This document shows, one piece after another, positions 63,901 through 64,000 of a stretch of 64,000 nucleotides of DNA (position 1 is the first letter of the stretch; every line of letters starts with the position of its first letter). The stretch lies in assembly GCF_000181795.1 (NCBI RefSeq), contig NW_003526941.1, positions 7,822,120-7,886,119 on the forward strand, given 5' to 3'. A program made the translations under genes and the position numbers. The stretch is from Trichinella spiralis. Its lineage: Eukaryota. The notes beneath the pieces are model-generated. The model was not told the DNA's origin. It saw only the letters and a program-made list of their open reading frames with translations, and searched no databases.

Positions 63901-64000
63901 TCAGCGAAAGCACAAAATTTTGGATAATCTCATGTCATTGTTGTGTCATATTGTCGAAGTTTGTCCATTGAGTGAGGTGCAAATACCGAAGGACTCGAAA
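52914..64000 (+). CDS. HUWE1: HECT E3 ligase HUWE1/EEL-1, 5' part (continues beyond the window)
   Basis: MKID start, VKTWSWSKSELCHWIPVLNRFD, ENTFSRDIYNSME, EPSQLSQLQERGL, LPNIFSALCLNERG, UBA (~59856, MDVGFSQQLATEAL), UIM (EEQLRQAIALSL), WWE-like segment (~61604-61762) and LLLRHIIEDP. The HECT domain is not in the window. Confidence 0.93.
54921..54952. repeat. (AT)n microsatellite in a HUWE1 intron
   Basis: Direct reading. Confidence 0.9.
62765..62836 (+). repeat. Coding AAT/AAC repeat giving a poly-Asn tract in HUWE1
   Basis: NNTSNNSGSNNNNNNNNNNNNNNN is in frame in the exon starting ~62757. Confidence 0.8.

Noticed and set aside
1..64000. CRISPR arrays, transposases, rRNA and tRNA genes
   Set aside because: None recognised. 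The repeats seen are simple microsatellites, and most short ORFs in the track are exon fragments or antisense shadows.

Overview
AT-rich eukaryotic genomic DNA with many short (about 50-100 nt) GT-AG introns. The gene content and intron style suggest a nematode, plausibly Trichinella-like (inference, not verified). No prokaryotic features, CRISPR arrays, rRNA or tRNA were recognised. Recognisable genes, left to right: BLCAP (-), ASNA1/GET3 (+), MPC2 (-), an Nck-like adaptor (+), PTCD1 (-), an RYamide/luqin-type GPCR (+) preceded by an ~18 kb region with no recognisable gene, SYNJ2BP/OMP25 (-), DRP1 (+), parvin (-), FKBP2 (+), SSR3 (-), and the 5' part of HUWE1 (+, runs off the window). The main find is a cluster of three highly diverged paralogous secreted precursors (5445-6554 +, 8107-9396 +, 12588-14124 -). 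Each has a signal peptide, a six-Cys prodomain and a C-terminal cystine-knot-like growth-factor domain, and all share intron positions. One paralog has lost exactly one predicted knot disulfide pair. Other notable items: that paralog may be nested inside the BLCAP 5' intron, the Nck-like protein lacks SH3-3, SYNJ2BP and PTCD1 have non-canonical or decayed splice sites, and several non-coding segments look structured. All exon calls were made by eye.
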